The notes beneath the pieces were generated by a model, which saw only the letters and a program-made list of their open reading frames with translations, did not search any database and was not told the DNA's origin. The translations under genes were made by a program, and so were the position numbers. From Mytilus californianus (lineage: Eukaryota), in NCBI RefSeq assembly GCF_021869535.1, contig NW_026262690.1, forward strand, positions 18,848,001 to 18,912,000: 64,000 bases of DNA, given 5' to 3'. Shown in pieces: positions 24,039 through 37,320 of the stretch. Position 1 is the first letter of the stretch. Each line of letters opens with the position of its first letter.

Positions 24039-25625
24039 AAGAAGATGTGGTATGATTGCCAATGAGACAACTCTCCACAAGAGACCAACTGACACAGAAA
24101 TTAACAAGTATAGGTCACCGTACGGCCTTCAACAATGAGTGAACCCATACCGCATAGTCAGCTTTAAAAGGGTCAGAAATGACAAATTTAAAACAATTCA
24201 AACGAGAAAACTAACGGCCTGATTTATATACAAAGTAATGAATGAAAAACACATATGATATACAGCAACAAACGACAACCACTGAATTACAGTCTCCAGA
24301 CTTGGGACAGGCACATACAGAATGTGACGGGGTTAAACATGTTAGCGGGTGCTTAACCCTCTCTCTAACCTGGGACAGTGATGTAACAGTACAACATATG
24401 AACAACCTGTAAAAATTAGTTGAAAAGGGCTTAACCCATCAGACCGATTCAAAGCACAAAAACAAGTAACAAAAACACAGAGTGGACGTGGCAGGGTACT
24501 TATACATCCCCACAACAAAAATACACTAAGTACAGATATGAGAGTACTCGCAGTTACTGACAGCTAGTTCAAAGCCAATAACAACTAATAAAAAAAAATC
24601 ATGCACCTAAGACTAAAATATCAATAAGTACACATCCAACATCCAATGGATTTAGTGTAAAGACGTCATTAACAGTCAGAGAAAACATGACCCTGTGCAA
24701 TGCCAAGATACCGGTATCGACAGATTGTAGAGCCATCAACGTCATATGTATATAACAATAATATTTACTTTGATTACGATTATTTACTGATAACAAAATC
24801 AATATTAATACCAATAAAAACAATATCTAAAGATCTAATTATAGTGTTGAATTGGTAACCTTTTAGAATAAGTTTATTTAAAGGATCGATAAGTTTACCC
24901 AGATCGTATCTAAATTTCAGGGCTCGGTAAACAACATCTTTGTAAAAATTAGGATGTGCTATCCAGTAAAAAAAAGTTTTTCTACTTGTTCTAAATTTTC
25001 TACAGGTACAACCAAACTTCCAAAAAATAAATCTTTATATTTATGGAATAATTTAGTTAAGGTTTAAAGTAATTTGTGGTAACGAAATCCCTGACTTAAT
25101 AATTTACCAGTAATACGTAGATTACGTTCATTGAAATCTAAAAATTCACAACAGACACGGACATAGCGAACGAGTTGTGATATATAAACACCGTAAGATG
25201 GTGTCAAAGGAACATCACCGTTCAAAAAAGGTAAATTAACAATAGGGAACGAAAAATTGTCTCTTTTGTCGTAAATTGTAGTGAAGAGTTTCCCGTGTAA
25301 AACTGAAATATCTAAATCTAGGAAAGGACAGTTATTACCGTTTAAAGTAAGTTCCTTTGGGTAAATTTCGGCAGGATATTTAATACGAAAAAATATCATC
25401 AAGATAACGGTAAGTGTTGTTGAATTTATCAATTAAACGCAATTTGGAAGGGTCTTTACAGAGTTTGGTCATAAACTGTGATTCATAGCAGTACAAGAAC
25501 AAGTCTGCTATTGAAGGGGCGCAATTGGTGCCCATAGGAATACCTACAACCTGTCTATATACTTTATTGCCGAAACGCACATCAATATTATCAAGGAGAA
25601 AATTAACAGCTTCAATCATCTCATA
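24039..25625 (-). mobile_element. 5'-truncated Penelope-like retroelement: RT C-terminal half (25625-24830) plus ~790-bp 3' tail
   Basis: GIPMGTNCAPSIADLFLYCYE, YRYLDD, PFLDLDI, IYDKRDNF, PSYGVYISQLVRY, then IAHP..Y..KGYQFNT, followed directly by the long form of repeat family A. Confidence 0.9.
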
Positions 25626-26568
25626 ACTTAGTCGGAAACGGTCATTTTGATATTAACATCATCTGAAAAGTCAGAACAATAAATTATGCCAGATCTACCA
25701 CCCAGTCTCTCAGTTCGTCGAGGTGACCTTTTAAAAGAACGACGGGAAATGTCACCAGAATCAAGGAGGAAGCCGAAATTGGTATAACTCCGAGATGCTC
25801 TATTTTTGAAGCTTGTCACCTAGCGATCATAGATCACAACATTTAACCACAATGTACATAATTAAAGTTTGTTTTCAGTTACTCTATGTTTAAAACATAT
25901 GTGTTATTTACATTTATTATCATTATTTTTGTCTTTAGATTGAAATCCTTAAATATTTTTAAAGGATATACTTTAACTTTATTTGTTCTGGGCGTGTGTT
26001 TCTACAAAATTTCTAAATTGTGTTTTGCCTAAGGTGTCTTCATTGAAGTCCGCGTTTTAAAAAATCAGCTGTTATAATCGCGTGTTTTGTTTGTACAATT
26101 TAAATATACAATTGCTCTAATGGAGTCCGCGTTCAAGAAACAATAACAAAGATGTGCTGTCAGAGATGGCGACCTCCATGCGCCTAAAAAATCCTTCTTA
26201 CACCAGAATTTTTATGGTGAAATCATCACATAATACAATAATTACAGTCATATATACGGTTTAATATAAGCGCTAAGTAAGAATAACTTGGTAACATTCC
26301 AGCAACAACTTTCTGTTTGGACTGTTTCTTCATCACAAATTGTAAATTATTGCAAACAGTTTCTTTTAGCATACCGTGCATTAGACTTATACACCTCCAG
26401 TAGTGGCCTCATTTGATTAAATATTTCAATAAACACTTCTTTACAGTGAAGGATAAATGTACTCAGGGAATGCATGTACATCCATGTTCAGGGGTTTTGT
26501 TTTGTTATTTTGTTTGGTCTTTTTTCCTTTTCTTTCTCTCACATGAGTCATAATTACATATATTGTAG

Positions 26569-28235
26569 TTTCCTCATGTGAAATTGAAAAATCGGCTTAA
26601 AGAAACAATCCTTAATACCTTTCAACATAAAAATGGTAGCATACGCTATAAATTTATTACTTTGGGATACCAAAAGGCATTTTTTGTTAATAGGGAACAA
26701 AGGGTAAAACATGCTACACAGAGAAACAAGTGATCAGTATGCTGGAGTTTCTTATCGACAACATTTTTGTTGAATTTGGTGGGAGACTTTTTCAACATAT
26801 TGTTGGCATTCCTATGGGAACGAACTGTGCGCCTCTCCTTACCGACCTCTTCTTATTTTCATATGAATCGGAGTTCCTTCAGACACTTGTCAAAAATAAG
26901 AAGATCAAAGAAGCCAGATTATTAAATTTCACTTTCAGATATATTGATGATGTTCTTTCCATTAACAATCCGAACTTTTCTGATTGGGTTCCATTAATAT
27001 ATCCCCCAGAACTAGAAATTAAAGAAACAGACACGGCTTCCATCGCCTCATTTTTAGACCTATACCTCGAATTTGACATACACAGTCATCTCAGTACCAG
27101 AATCTATCACAAACGAGACGATTTTAATTTTAATATTATCAATTTTCCCCACCTTAGTAGCAATATACCAACTTCACCTGCTTACGGGATATATATTTCC
27201 CAACTTAGTCGGTATGCAAGAGCTTGAGGCTCCTACTCAGACTTTGTAAAACGTCACCAGTGTCTGAGCAGAAAGTTGATGAACCAGGGGTATGTCAAAG
27301 AACGTCTCGTCCTTTTTCTTAAAAAGTTCATCGGAAGGTACCAAGACCTTGTTGATAAATATTCCGTATCAACTTCACAAATAATACATGATGGTCTTGA
27401 AGTATAGATTCTGCGTACTGACGCTGTTGATCATCTTAATAACGTGTTAAAGTGTTCTTTTATTTGTCTTTATTAATATTACTTTTACTGTTTGGTCTGT
27501 TTTTGGTGAAATACATTTGACGTGGCTCTGGACGAAAATACTTTTCATTTTTACTTGTGTGCTTTGTCAGTGTACTTTTTATGTTTCTTTGATACATATG
27601 ACGTGTCTCTGTACTTTAAACATCCCGCAATTGTGTTATTGTTCTATTATAATATTTGCATACTTTGAACGACAAAATTATTTTATATCTCTACCTGTGT
27701 GACGTTTACATTCTGACGTCAAATACGCGATTCTACGCCAGAGTTAATGTTAAAATTACGATTCGGTCCCAGAGCTTAAAATCCCTCGATCATTTATGGG
27801 TTGATTTGGCATACATAAATAAAATACAAAAATAAGTAAGCAATGAACGAGGTTGTTAAATGTAATATATGCTTTTTTGTGCTTCTTTGTTAAATATTTG
27901 TTCGTTTTTGTTGTGATTAAGATTGTGACACGGTGTTGACTGCTGTACCCCTATTTTACATTTTTACCTATTATGTCTTTGTTTTATTCACGCATCGTTG
28001 TCAATATAATGGAATTTGATGCGACTGTCATACAAGTGAGAGGTTTAGCGCTATTAAACCAGGTTCAATCCACCATTTTCTACATACGAAAATGACTGTA
28101 CCAAATCAGGAATATGACAGTTGTTGTCCATTCGTTTGTTGTGTTTGTGCTTTTGATTTTGCCATTTGATTAGGGACTTTCCGTTTTGGATTTTCCTCGG
28201 AGTTCAGTATTTTTGTGATTTAACTTTTTTTTTTC
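26569..28235 (+). mobile_element. 5'-truncated Penelope-like retroelement of a second family: RT 26569-27407 plus 3' tail
   Basis: PHVKLKNRL..KNGSIRYK, frameshift at ~26701, MLEFLIDNIFV..GIPMGTNCAP..FRYIDD..AYGIYISQLSRYARA*, natural TAG at 27405-27407. The tail end (TTTGCCATTTGATTAGGGACTTTCCG..) recurs at 33900, 38760, 45060 and 61440. Confidence 0.9.
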
Positions 28236-28618
28236 ATGATTCTTAAGCTAGAAAAAAAAAACAACCGGAGAGCATATCATGACTTTGTTGTCCTTTCTAT
28301 TAAATGGTACTACAGGGAATTACGTCTTTGGGGGCAATTTAGGGGGGTTATAAATTTCCAAAATACCCTTTTTCACTTATTACATTTTCTATGCTTTAGA
28401 TTCGTTGTGTTTAGGTTGAACTTGCCAGTGTCAGGGAATAGGGATAAGAAAAATTATTTTTTTCATGTTTCACAACTTGAATATATGTATGAATTCGATA
28501 TATTGATTACACTTGTCTTCATATCTTTAAGTGACAATTATTATTTATTTAAGCAATTGATTTATGTGACTTCATGTATACATGCATATATGCAACTTAG
28601 TTTGAAATTTGTAGTTCT

Positions 28619-31600
28619 ATGGCAGTTACCTTAAGAGCTCTTAATTGCAGGAGACTGTCAGAAGAGGTAAAACGTAGAGATATTTTTGATAGATGTAATA
28701 AAAAATATGATATAACTATTTTATGTGATACACATTGAACAAAAGAAAGGGAAAATAAATGGAGAAATGAATGGGGTACCAAGCGTATTTTTGCTTGTTT
28801 ACCGGACTGAGCAGGGGAATTGCTATACTTCTGAATAATAAATTCAAAGTTATTTTTCATAAAGAATACAAACATAAAGAGGGAAACTACCTAATTTAAG
28901 TTATGACCATTCATGAGTATCGAATAACTTTAGCTGGTATATATGGCCCAAATAATGGTAATCCAGATTTTTTCCCAGAAGTTCAGGAGGTAATTTCAAA
29001 TATTCAAAATTCTTCAATCATTATGGCGGGGGACTGGAATGTTGTTCAAGATTATGGAATTGATACACTTAATTATAAAACAAAAAATAATATAAAAACG
29101 CAAACAAAATTAATAGAAATAAAGCACTCTTTGGACTTGGTGGATGTTTGGAGAGCAAATAACCCAGACAAGAAAAGATATACATGGAGAGGCCCTGAAC
29201 ATAAACAAAATCGACTAGACAATTTTTTTATATCCACTGATTTTGAATCCTAAGTAAATAAGTCTGATATAGATATCAGCTACCGTTCTGACCATTCTCC
29301 TGTTTCTTTCTGTTTAAAACTGTATAACCAAGAAAGGGGGAAGGATACTTGGAAATTCAATATTAGCTTACTACATGATATTTATTATGTGGCTAAGTGT
29401 ATATCATATACTGTTAATCAATATAACCTATCAAATGCAGATACTGGGGAAGAAACAGAATTATCTGTAGACCCCCATATATTTTCGGAGCTATTGAAAT
29501 GTACAATAAGAGGGAAAACAATCTCTGATACTTCATATTTAAAAAAAAAGTCAAGGTGAAGAATCTGAACTTGAACAACAATTAATTATTTTACAAAATA
29601 GACGAATTACACCCAGATCAGGAACTAAAAACTGAAATTATCCAAAACATAGAGGAGAGTTTAAAAACTTTAAGAGAAAAAAAATGGTATTATTGCAAGA
29701 GCAAAAGCAAAATGGGAAGCAGAAGGAGAAAAATGTACAAACTTCTTTTGTAATTTAGAAAAAAAGACATTATAATGAAAAAAATATTCCTAAAGTTATC
29801 AATGAAAATGGAGCATAAAAACATTTTTTTCAACAAAAATAACTCTTTTATCAATTGTTTATCGGAAGAAAAAATGTTAGAAGCAGAAGGAAAATTAAGA
29901 ATTCAAGAATGTCTGAATGCTTTCAAAAACAAGAAAAATAATTAATCACCAGGGGTAGATGGGTACACAGCAGAGTTTTATAATTTTTTCTGGAATGACC
30001 TTAAGTTCTATTTTCTGAATTCCTTTAACTATAGCTTTGAAGAAGGCTCTTTATCCATTTCGCAAAGACAAGGCATTGTTACATGCATCCCAAAAGAAGG
30101 GAAATCTAAGTTTTATTTAAAAAACTTGCGACCTATCACCCTTCTTAATGTTGATATGAAAATATGTTCCGCATCTATTGCAAATAGAATAGAACCTTTG
30201 CTCAAACATATTATACGTTAAGATTTATTAAAGGTAGATACATTGGGGAATGTACAAGAATTATTTTTGACTTAATAGAAAGAACTGAAGAAGAAAATAT
30301 ACCTGGAGTTTTACTCCTTTTAGATTTTAAAAAAGCATTTGATGCTCTTGAATGGTCATTTATAAATAAAGCACTTGAATTCTTAGGCTTTGGTCCTGAT
30401 TTCTGTAATTGGGTTAAATCTTTATATTTCAATATCGAAAGTTGTATTATAAACAATGGTCATTGTTCTAGTTTCTTTAATATAGAAAAAGGGGTTCGTC
30501 AAAGGGATCCCTTTTCCCTTAACCTTTTTTTACTGGCTTTAGAACTGATGGGTGCAGCAATGAAAAACAAGCCAGACATTAATGGTATAAAGATAGACAA
30601 CTCTGAGTATTTGCTTAGTCAGTATGCAGGTGACTCAACCTTAACTTTAGATGATGATGAAAAGTCTTTAGAACAGTCCCTATATATTTTAGAAAAGTTC
30701 TCTGAGTGTTCTGGTTTACGAGCAAACTTGGAAAAAACGGAAGCCATATGGATTGGGTCAAAAGTACATTCAAAATAAATATTTCACCAAGGAGAAAGAT
30801 TAAACTGGAATCAGACAGGGAAATTTAAACTTTAAGGTAAAAACTATGATCTTTTTGCTGTCGACAAGACTGCATATAATTTTGAAGAGAAAATTGAAAA
30901 GATAAAGGCATTATCAAATACTTGGATTTACCAAGATCTTTCAAACCTAGGAAAAATAACAGTCATAAAGTCTTTAGCATTGCCAATTCTCATTCAGTAA
31001 TTAACAATATGTCAAATCCCTCTTTTGAAAATTCTAAGAAAATTGAAAATATTTTTCTAAAGTTTCTATGGAAGGGTAAACCAGATAAAATTAAAAGAAA
31101 TGTTCTAATTGGATCATATGATACTGGTGTTCTTAAGATTCCTCAAATTGAATCCTTCTGTTATGCACTGAAAATGATTGATTGATTGGTTGTTTGTTGC
31201 TTAGCGTCCAGTGGCAAATATTTCATGCATATTCAGGACGAGAACAAATTAACAATAAATACAATAGGTAGGTTCTGTAATAGGGGCTTCCGGGATTAAG
31301 GTCGGAGAAATTTAGACTGCCACGGGAAATGAGGGTATATTGGATAGGAACAGAATTTAGCCTTTCAACAAGTCACCTACGGACCCCTCAAAAAGTTGTT
31401 GTAAGGGTTCTTAACGTGCAAAGAGGGTGGCACTCTCTTCACACGAGGCATCGGATTTAACGTCCCCATTCTGACCGGACGTGGCTGCAAATTTGTACAT
31501 CCCGCACAGCCAAACGGACGCCCCACTCTAGCAAGGGTTTTACTGCCGGTCGGAGGAAGACCAGTGGTGACCATACTTCTATTCCCCAGTCAACCTTGGG

Positions 31601-33247
31601 GGTTGCACTGAAAATGACATGGATCCATGAATTATTAGACTCTTTCAATCTTTCTCTTTGGAAAATTCTTTTGAATGATAAATATAGAAAATATGGTGCA
31701 GATAAAATATGGGTGATGCATAAGGATAATATTAAACAAAAGTCAGTATATTTTCATAGTTTTTGGAAGGACATCCTTCTAAATTGGGCTAAACTGAGAA
31801 ATACACTCAATGACCAAAATGACTTCATGAGCCAGCCTATTTGGTTTAATACACTTTTAAAAATTGAGAAGAAACCATTTCTTATAAAAAATGGTGTGAG
31901 GCAGGAATATTTTTTGTCAATGATTTACTGAATGAGAACAATGCATTTTTCTCTTTTAATCAATTTAAAGAAACATATGGTATTGAAACAAATTTTCTTC
32001 AATTCTATGGTATATATCATATGATCCCAAGTAATTGGAAGGACCACATTAAAAACTGTGAAAAGAAAATCAACATTACTTGCAATAATTTACACTACTT
32101 GAAATCAAATCAGAAATCATGCCAATATTTTTATAAATTATTTTTGTCTATTTATCATGAAAACACCATAAAATCACAAAATAAATGGAAAGAAATCTTG
32201 CATATGGAAATAGATCACTGGGATCTTTTCTATATGCACCCTTTCAAGTGTACTTTAAGTAATAAACTGATCATTTTTCAATACAAAATTCTGCACAGAA
32301 TTTTAAGCACAAATGATCTGCTATATAAGTGTAAACTTAAAGAAACACACCTATGTAGTTTTTGCAATGAAACGAAAGAGACAATAGAACATATTTTTTG
32401 GGAATGTTACATTGTCAAAAGTTTATTGGCTTCAACTAATTGATACATTACAATCAGATTGCAATTGTTAGAATCTGATATCAAAACAAAACATCCTCTT
32501 AGGATCAGATATTATAGATATCTCTGGAAATATTTTCATTGTTCTCATGAAGTACAATATTTATTCTTGTAGATTGTTCTTAATGTTTCCTTGTGTTAAG
32601 ATTGCACTTAAGAAATAAAAAAATATTACATTATTGAAAAATTATCTTCCACCTTTCACAGTTCTCCTGCAATAAGTGAAAAATTAGAAAAAAAAAATGA
32701 GAACCATTTCAACAATTAATTTTATAATACAAGAAAGATAACTCATACTTATCTATAAAATAAATGTGTAACACAACTGGATGAATTGGACAGAGGTTAG
32801 TGTGCATCCTATAGATATTATATATATATATGTATGTAAGACTTAAATATGTGTTACGATGTTATGATAATTGGAGTTTAGATATTTTTTTAATAAGATT
32901 TCCAGTCTTTGATAGAAATATAAACTTATGTAAAAAATAATGTATTTTTTTTCTACATTTGTAGAGAAAATAACAACAAAATATGTCACTATATGTTTTT
33001 TTTTATGAGTACATGTACAAATGTGTTGCATCAATAATAATTTATTAAAATCAATTTAATCATATATAATTTTACGTTAATGTTTTTTGTTGTTGTTTTT
33101 TTTTGGAGGGGGGTGTTAATATAATATAATAGCTGACACTGACAGGTCATAATTATTAAACATGCATTTTATTCTTCTTTATTAGAAAACATGCATATAA
33201 TTATTGTATGAGATGAAGAAATACAAAATAAAGAATTTAAAAAAAAA
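28619..33247 (+). mobile_element. Decayed L1/Tx1-clade LINE: ORF2 (APE endonuclease, RT, C-terminal Zn motif), 3' UTR and poly(A)
   Basis: LNCR.L, IYGPN, IMAGDWN, VDVWR..NP..YTW, SDHSPV, SPGVDG..AEFY, RPITLLN.D.KI, LDFKKAFD, GVRQ, QYAGD, CSFC..ETIEHIFWEC; many stops and frameshifts; AATAAA at 33227 and A-run at 33239-33247. Confidence 0.92.
31178..31603 (-). mobile_element. SINE inserted in the LINE, 5'-truncated, Meta-domain-like core, (CAAT)n tail
   Basis: 14-bp TSD TGCACTGAAAATGA at 31164-31177 and 31604-31617; removal restores FCYALKM-TWIHELLD. Core GGGGACGTTAAATCC...GCACGTTAAGAACCC. Family assignment is from memory. Confidence 0.85.
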
Positions 33248-36200
33248 TATCGACTGCTGAACAGTCTGATCATTGACAAAACGGATCTTAATTGAATGAA
33301 AGCGAATTGTCTGAACAGTAATGAATTTATCGCAGTGGATAAGTCTGTGATATGTAAAATGACTTAATAATTTATTGGTCAGTATTTTAAGAGCTGTTCA
33401 AATGACCGTTTCAGATCAAAATTTGTTTACTAATGATAATTATATATATAAAACTTGGTTTAGTTTATCCTTTTTAGCAATTTCCACATTGAAATAAGTA
33501 AATGGAGAAGATTCAAAGAGATAGATACGATCAGCCGAGTCACCCAACTTTATTCAGTTTCATGTCATCATGGTCATTATGTTAATAGCAGACCTTTCGC
33601 ATAATTTCATGTTCAGATTTCCAGAGACGTTCCTGTAGGATATCTGTCTCATACAAATGAATAACAGGATCATCAGGAAGAGAAGCAGAATTGGTTCCCA
33701 CACAATCCTAACAAAGCAAGAAGTGAATTGTTTGTCACATACTGCAATATGCAAAAAGATTTGCGTAACTTCTCGTAACAAATAGTTTATTAAGGCGATA
33801 GTAGTTTACTGATGTTCAAAACCATGGTTCAATAAAGACTGGAAAAGTTATAAAATCAAAGAAAGCATGTTTTAAGGGCATAAATGTTGTCACCTATAAA
33901 AAAGTGAAATAACAAAAATATCGATATCCGAGGAATTCAAAACAGAAAGTACTTTATCAAATGGCAAAATCAAAAGCTCAAACAACAAACACTTATCACA
34001 GATTGATGATAATTAACACCAGTTTTATATTAAGTTTTAAGGCTTTTTTTTGTTACCCGGAATTGTTTTCTCTTAATCGATTTATGACTATTGAACAGCG
34101 GTATACTACTGTTGCCTTTATTTAGAATGTTTTACTTCATGTCTATGCATTTAGGACATGCCTATCTCTTTAGAATGATTTTCATGGATTAGTGAAGGTA
34201 AGATTTCTTCTTTGTTGCGCGTCCATCCTCTCTGATTACACTGATCTTTTCATTTTTGAAAAAGTATTTACTTTTAATAATGTGGCAATAACATATCTAC
34301 GACATTTTTAGCCTACAAGTTATTTTTGTATTTAGTCTTTGTATGTCTTGTGTGAAGATAAGCTTATTGAATTAGTTATGCAACTATATTTACTCTTAGT
34401 TATATGGCAATAACCTATCAACGACATTTTCAACCCACAATGTTTTTTTTTCTTCAATTTTAGCCTGTGTATCTCTTGAGTGATAACACGCTAAGTGATT
34501 TATTTATGTTACATCTTATTGGGTCTTTACTTAGAGGAGAATTTTCAAAGTTTGTTGCACAAAGTGTTAAAAACAAGTGTACTATATGTGTTTGGTAAAG
34601 TAAACCCTACTAAAACTACAAAACACAATCCAAGACTTCCCGAAGAAGAGCAAACCTTTACTTCATTCTACAATTCAAATTAAACCTCTTTGTTCATCAT
34701 TGTATGTCCATAAGTAATGCAATTTTTTCACAAACTGGAAATGTAAATGAAAACACCATCTTTTATGGACCTTATACACAAACTGTTCTCCTTCAAGTGA
34801 GATTTTCTTGACAACGCTTGTTTTGTTTTGCCTTTAAAAATGAATAAACTGGAAATTTTGCCTTTAAAAATGAATAAACTGGGAATAAATTTAGTGTGCA
34901 TCATATATATAGTTTATGTAGTCCACCGCACTTCAGCATTACCACCGACGCTCTTCAGCGTAGCTATCAACAAGATAGCGTCCCCATGCCACCATTGAAC
35001 TTCAGAAACGCATTATTTATTGACATAAAATGATATACTAAGGGCAACATTTTTACTCATGTGATTAAATTTTCGGGGTACAAAGTGACATTTATTATAT
35101 TTTTCACGTTATGCGGCCTCAGAAAGTATTTCAATAAATTCAATAAAAATTCAATATTTTCACACAGATAAATTCTCTGGAAATTCAGGTCCGTACACAC
35201 ATTTCGTTATTCTAAAAATGTATATCTTTATTGTATTGTACTCTGCTCTTCAAAATGATTAAGCGCAGTCAATTACTAAAAATAACATCATGTCGAAAAG
35301 CATTGGATACAGGATATTTATTTCAATTTAAAGTTAATAGTTAAGAGACGCATTATGGATACTTACCCAAAATGACTTCGATGGGGCCACCGTACGGCCT
35401 TCAACAATGAGTAAAACCTATACTGTATATCCAGCTATAAAGGTACCTAACATGACAAACAATGCTTAAAAATAAACGTTTGATACTATGGGAAACGGGG
35501 AGTGATTAGAGAGTAGAAAGGTAACCTTCTGTAGCGGATTTTGTTTTCGAAATTTACAAAAGGTTCTTTTTTTACGTACGATAGAGCGTGGCATTATCCT
35601 AATACACAAAGGTCCGTAAACAGACTCTTTGTACCATAATAATACTGTAAACGAGGACCTCATAGGATGAACAAAGTTAAGATAAATGTTAACACAGAAT
35701 CATGTTCACATGCATATAATCAAAGAGGACGATCTCTCATTTAGTATTCAACTGTACCTCAAGACATACATAGACAATAACAAATGAAAATTCATCTTCT
35801 ACTTATTGGAAAAATCTACTTCTAATTATAATTGGATATCTGCAGATTTTAACTAGCCATCACGCGACATATAGACCATTGCACATCAGCGAACAGACCA
35901 TTACACTTCCGCGCAGACCATCGCACTTGAGCGTGACCATCGCATCTCAGAGTTCTACATATATTCTATAGAAAATGCAAATTTTATAAATGTACTTAAT
36001 AAGTATTAAGTATGACGATAAATTTTCACTTCTGTACTCGTACTGTGAACAACAAATTTATTAATTTTGTAAAAAAAAATTTTCGTACTGCTAACAATAA
36101 AATTATTATATTTATATCTACTTGTGTACGTTGTTTTATTTAACGTCATTTTGTCCCAGGTAAGAGTTGTCTTTTTGACACTGTTACAACATCTTTTTTT

Positions 36201-36900
36201 ATTAATATTGTATTTATATTGTGTCATAGATCAAACTTATTCGTTCAGTGTATGCTTACTTGTATTTGTTTATATATCTTATTGATCGAGTTAAGCCATT
36301 TCAATTGATATTTTATTGTGTGTCTTTTTATGTTATAATGTTACACTACTATCACAGGTTAGGGTGAAGGCTGGTGCCTGTTAAAACTTTCAAACTCGCT
36401 GCATTTGGATGCACCTGTCCTAAGTCAGGAGTCTGTTGTTCAGTGGTTGTCGTTTGTTTGTGTGGTTCATAAGTGTTTCTCGTTCTCGTTTTTTATATAG
36501 ATTAGACCGTTGGTTTTCCTGTTTGAATTGTTTTACACTAGTCATTTTGGGGCCCTTTCTAGCTCGCTGTTCGGTGTGAGCCAAGGCTCCGTGTTGACGG
36601 CCGTACTTTGACCTATAATTGTTTACTTTTTATACATTGTGACTTGAATGGAGAGTTGTCTCATTGGCACTCATACCACATCTTCTTCTTTCTATTATCA
36701 AAACTTCTATGCCCGTATCTATAGTGACATTTTAGATTACATTGAACGTAATATATATATAACAAGTAAATTATTCGGTGACTGATTTCGTTGCCACAGA
36801 TTACTTACAATTTTACTAAATTCTATCACAGATACAAATATTTTGTTTGGAAGTTTGGATGCATCTGTAGAATTCTTATCAAAAACGGGATATTCTTATA
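33246..36900 (+). repeat. Segmental duplication copy X1
   Basis: Collinear with 38103-41935 (offset ~4.9-5.0 kb), roughly 85-90% identical by eye, sharing the same embedded repeat fragments. Confidence 0.9.
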
Positions 36901-37320
36901 ATTACGACGATGTTATTTAAAGAATTCATACTATTTAGATTCGATCTATTTAAATTAATGATCCTTTGAATCAACACATTATGTAGGGTTAACGAGTTGA
37001 CATCGTGTTAAGATCTTTGAATATTATTCTTATCGGTACTAATATTGATTTTGTTGCTGATGTTGAAATTCTTTTCGTGCCCGTCCAAAGTTAGGGGCTT
37101 GTGATTGAATGGTTGTCGTTAGTTTCTGTTGGTCATAATTGGTTTTCGTTAAAAGTTTTTTAATAAATCAGGTCGTTTGTTTTTTCGTTAGAATTGTTTC
37201 ACATGTTTTGTCATGTTGAGTCCCTTTATAGCTAAATATACAGTATAGATTTAACTCACTGTTGAATGCCGTACGGTGACATATTATAGTTCCCTCCATC
37301 GAAGTCGTTGTGGATGCACC
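36270..37320 (+). mobile_element. Penelope-like relics: tail copy, RT C-terminal fragment (36695-37010) and degenerate tail
   Basis: Reads ..YIERN.YITSKLF..FRCHRL..FTKFYHRYK.FVWKFGCICRIL, followed by GATCTTTGAATATT..ATTGATTTTGTT as at 24810. Confidence 0.75.

Noticed and set aside
31377-31648. ORFs in the GC-richer island
   Set aside because: They fall within the SINE bounded by the 14-bp TSD.
33560-33781. 73-aa transmembrane-like ORF also open at 38426-38647
   Set aside because: Broken by stops or frameshifts in the copies at 45.3, 48.8 and 17.8 kb; no ATG start; openness in two recent duplicates is not evidence of selection.
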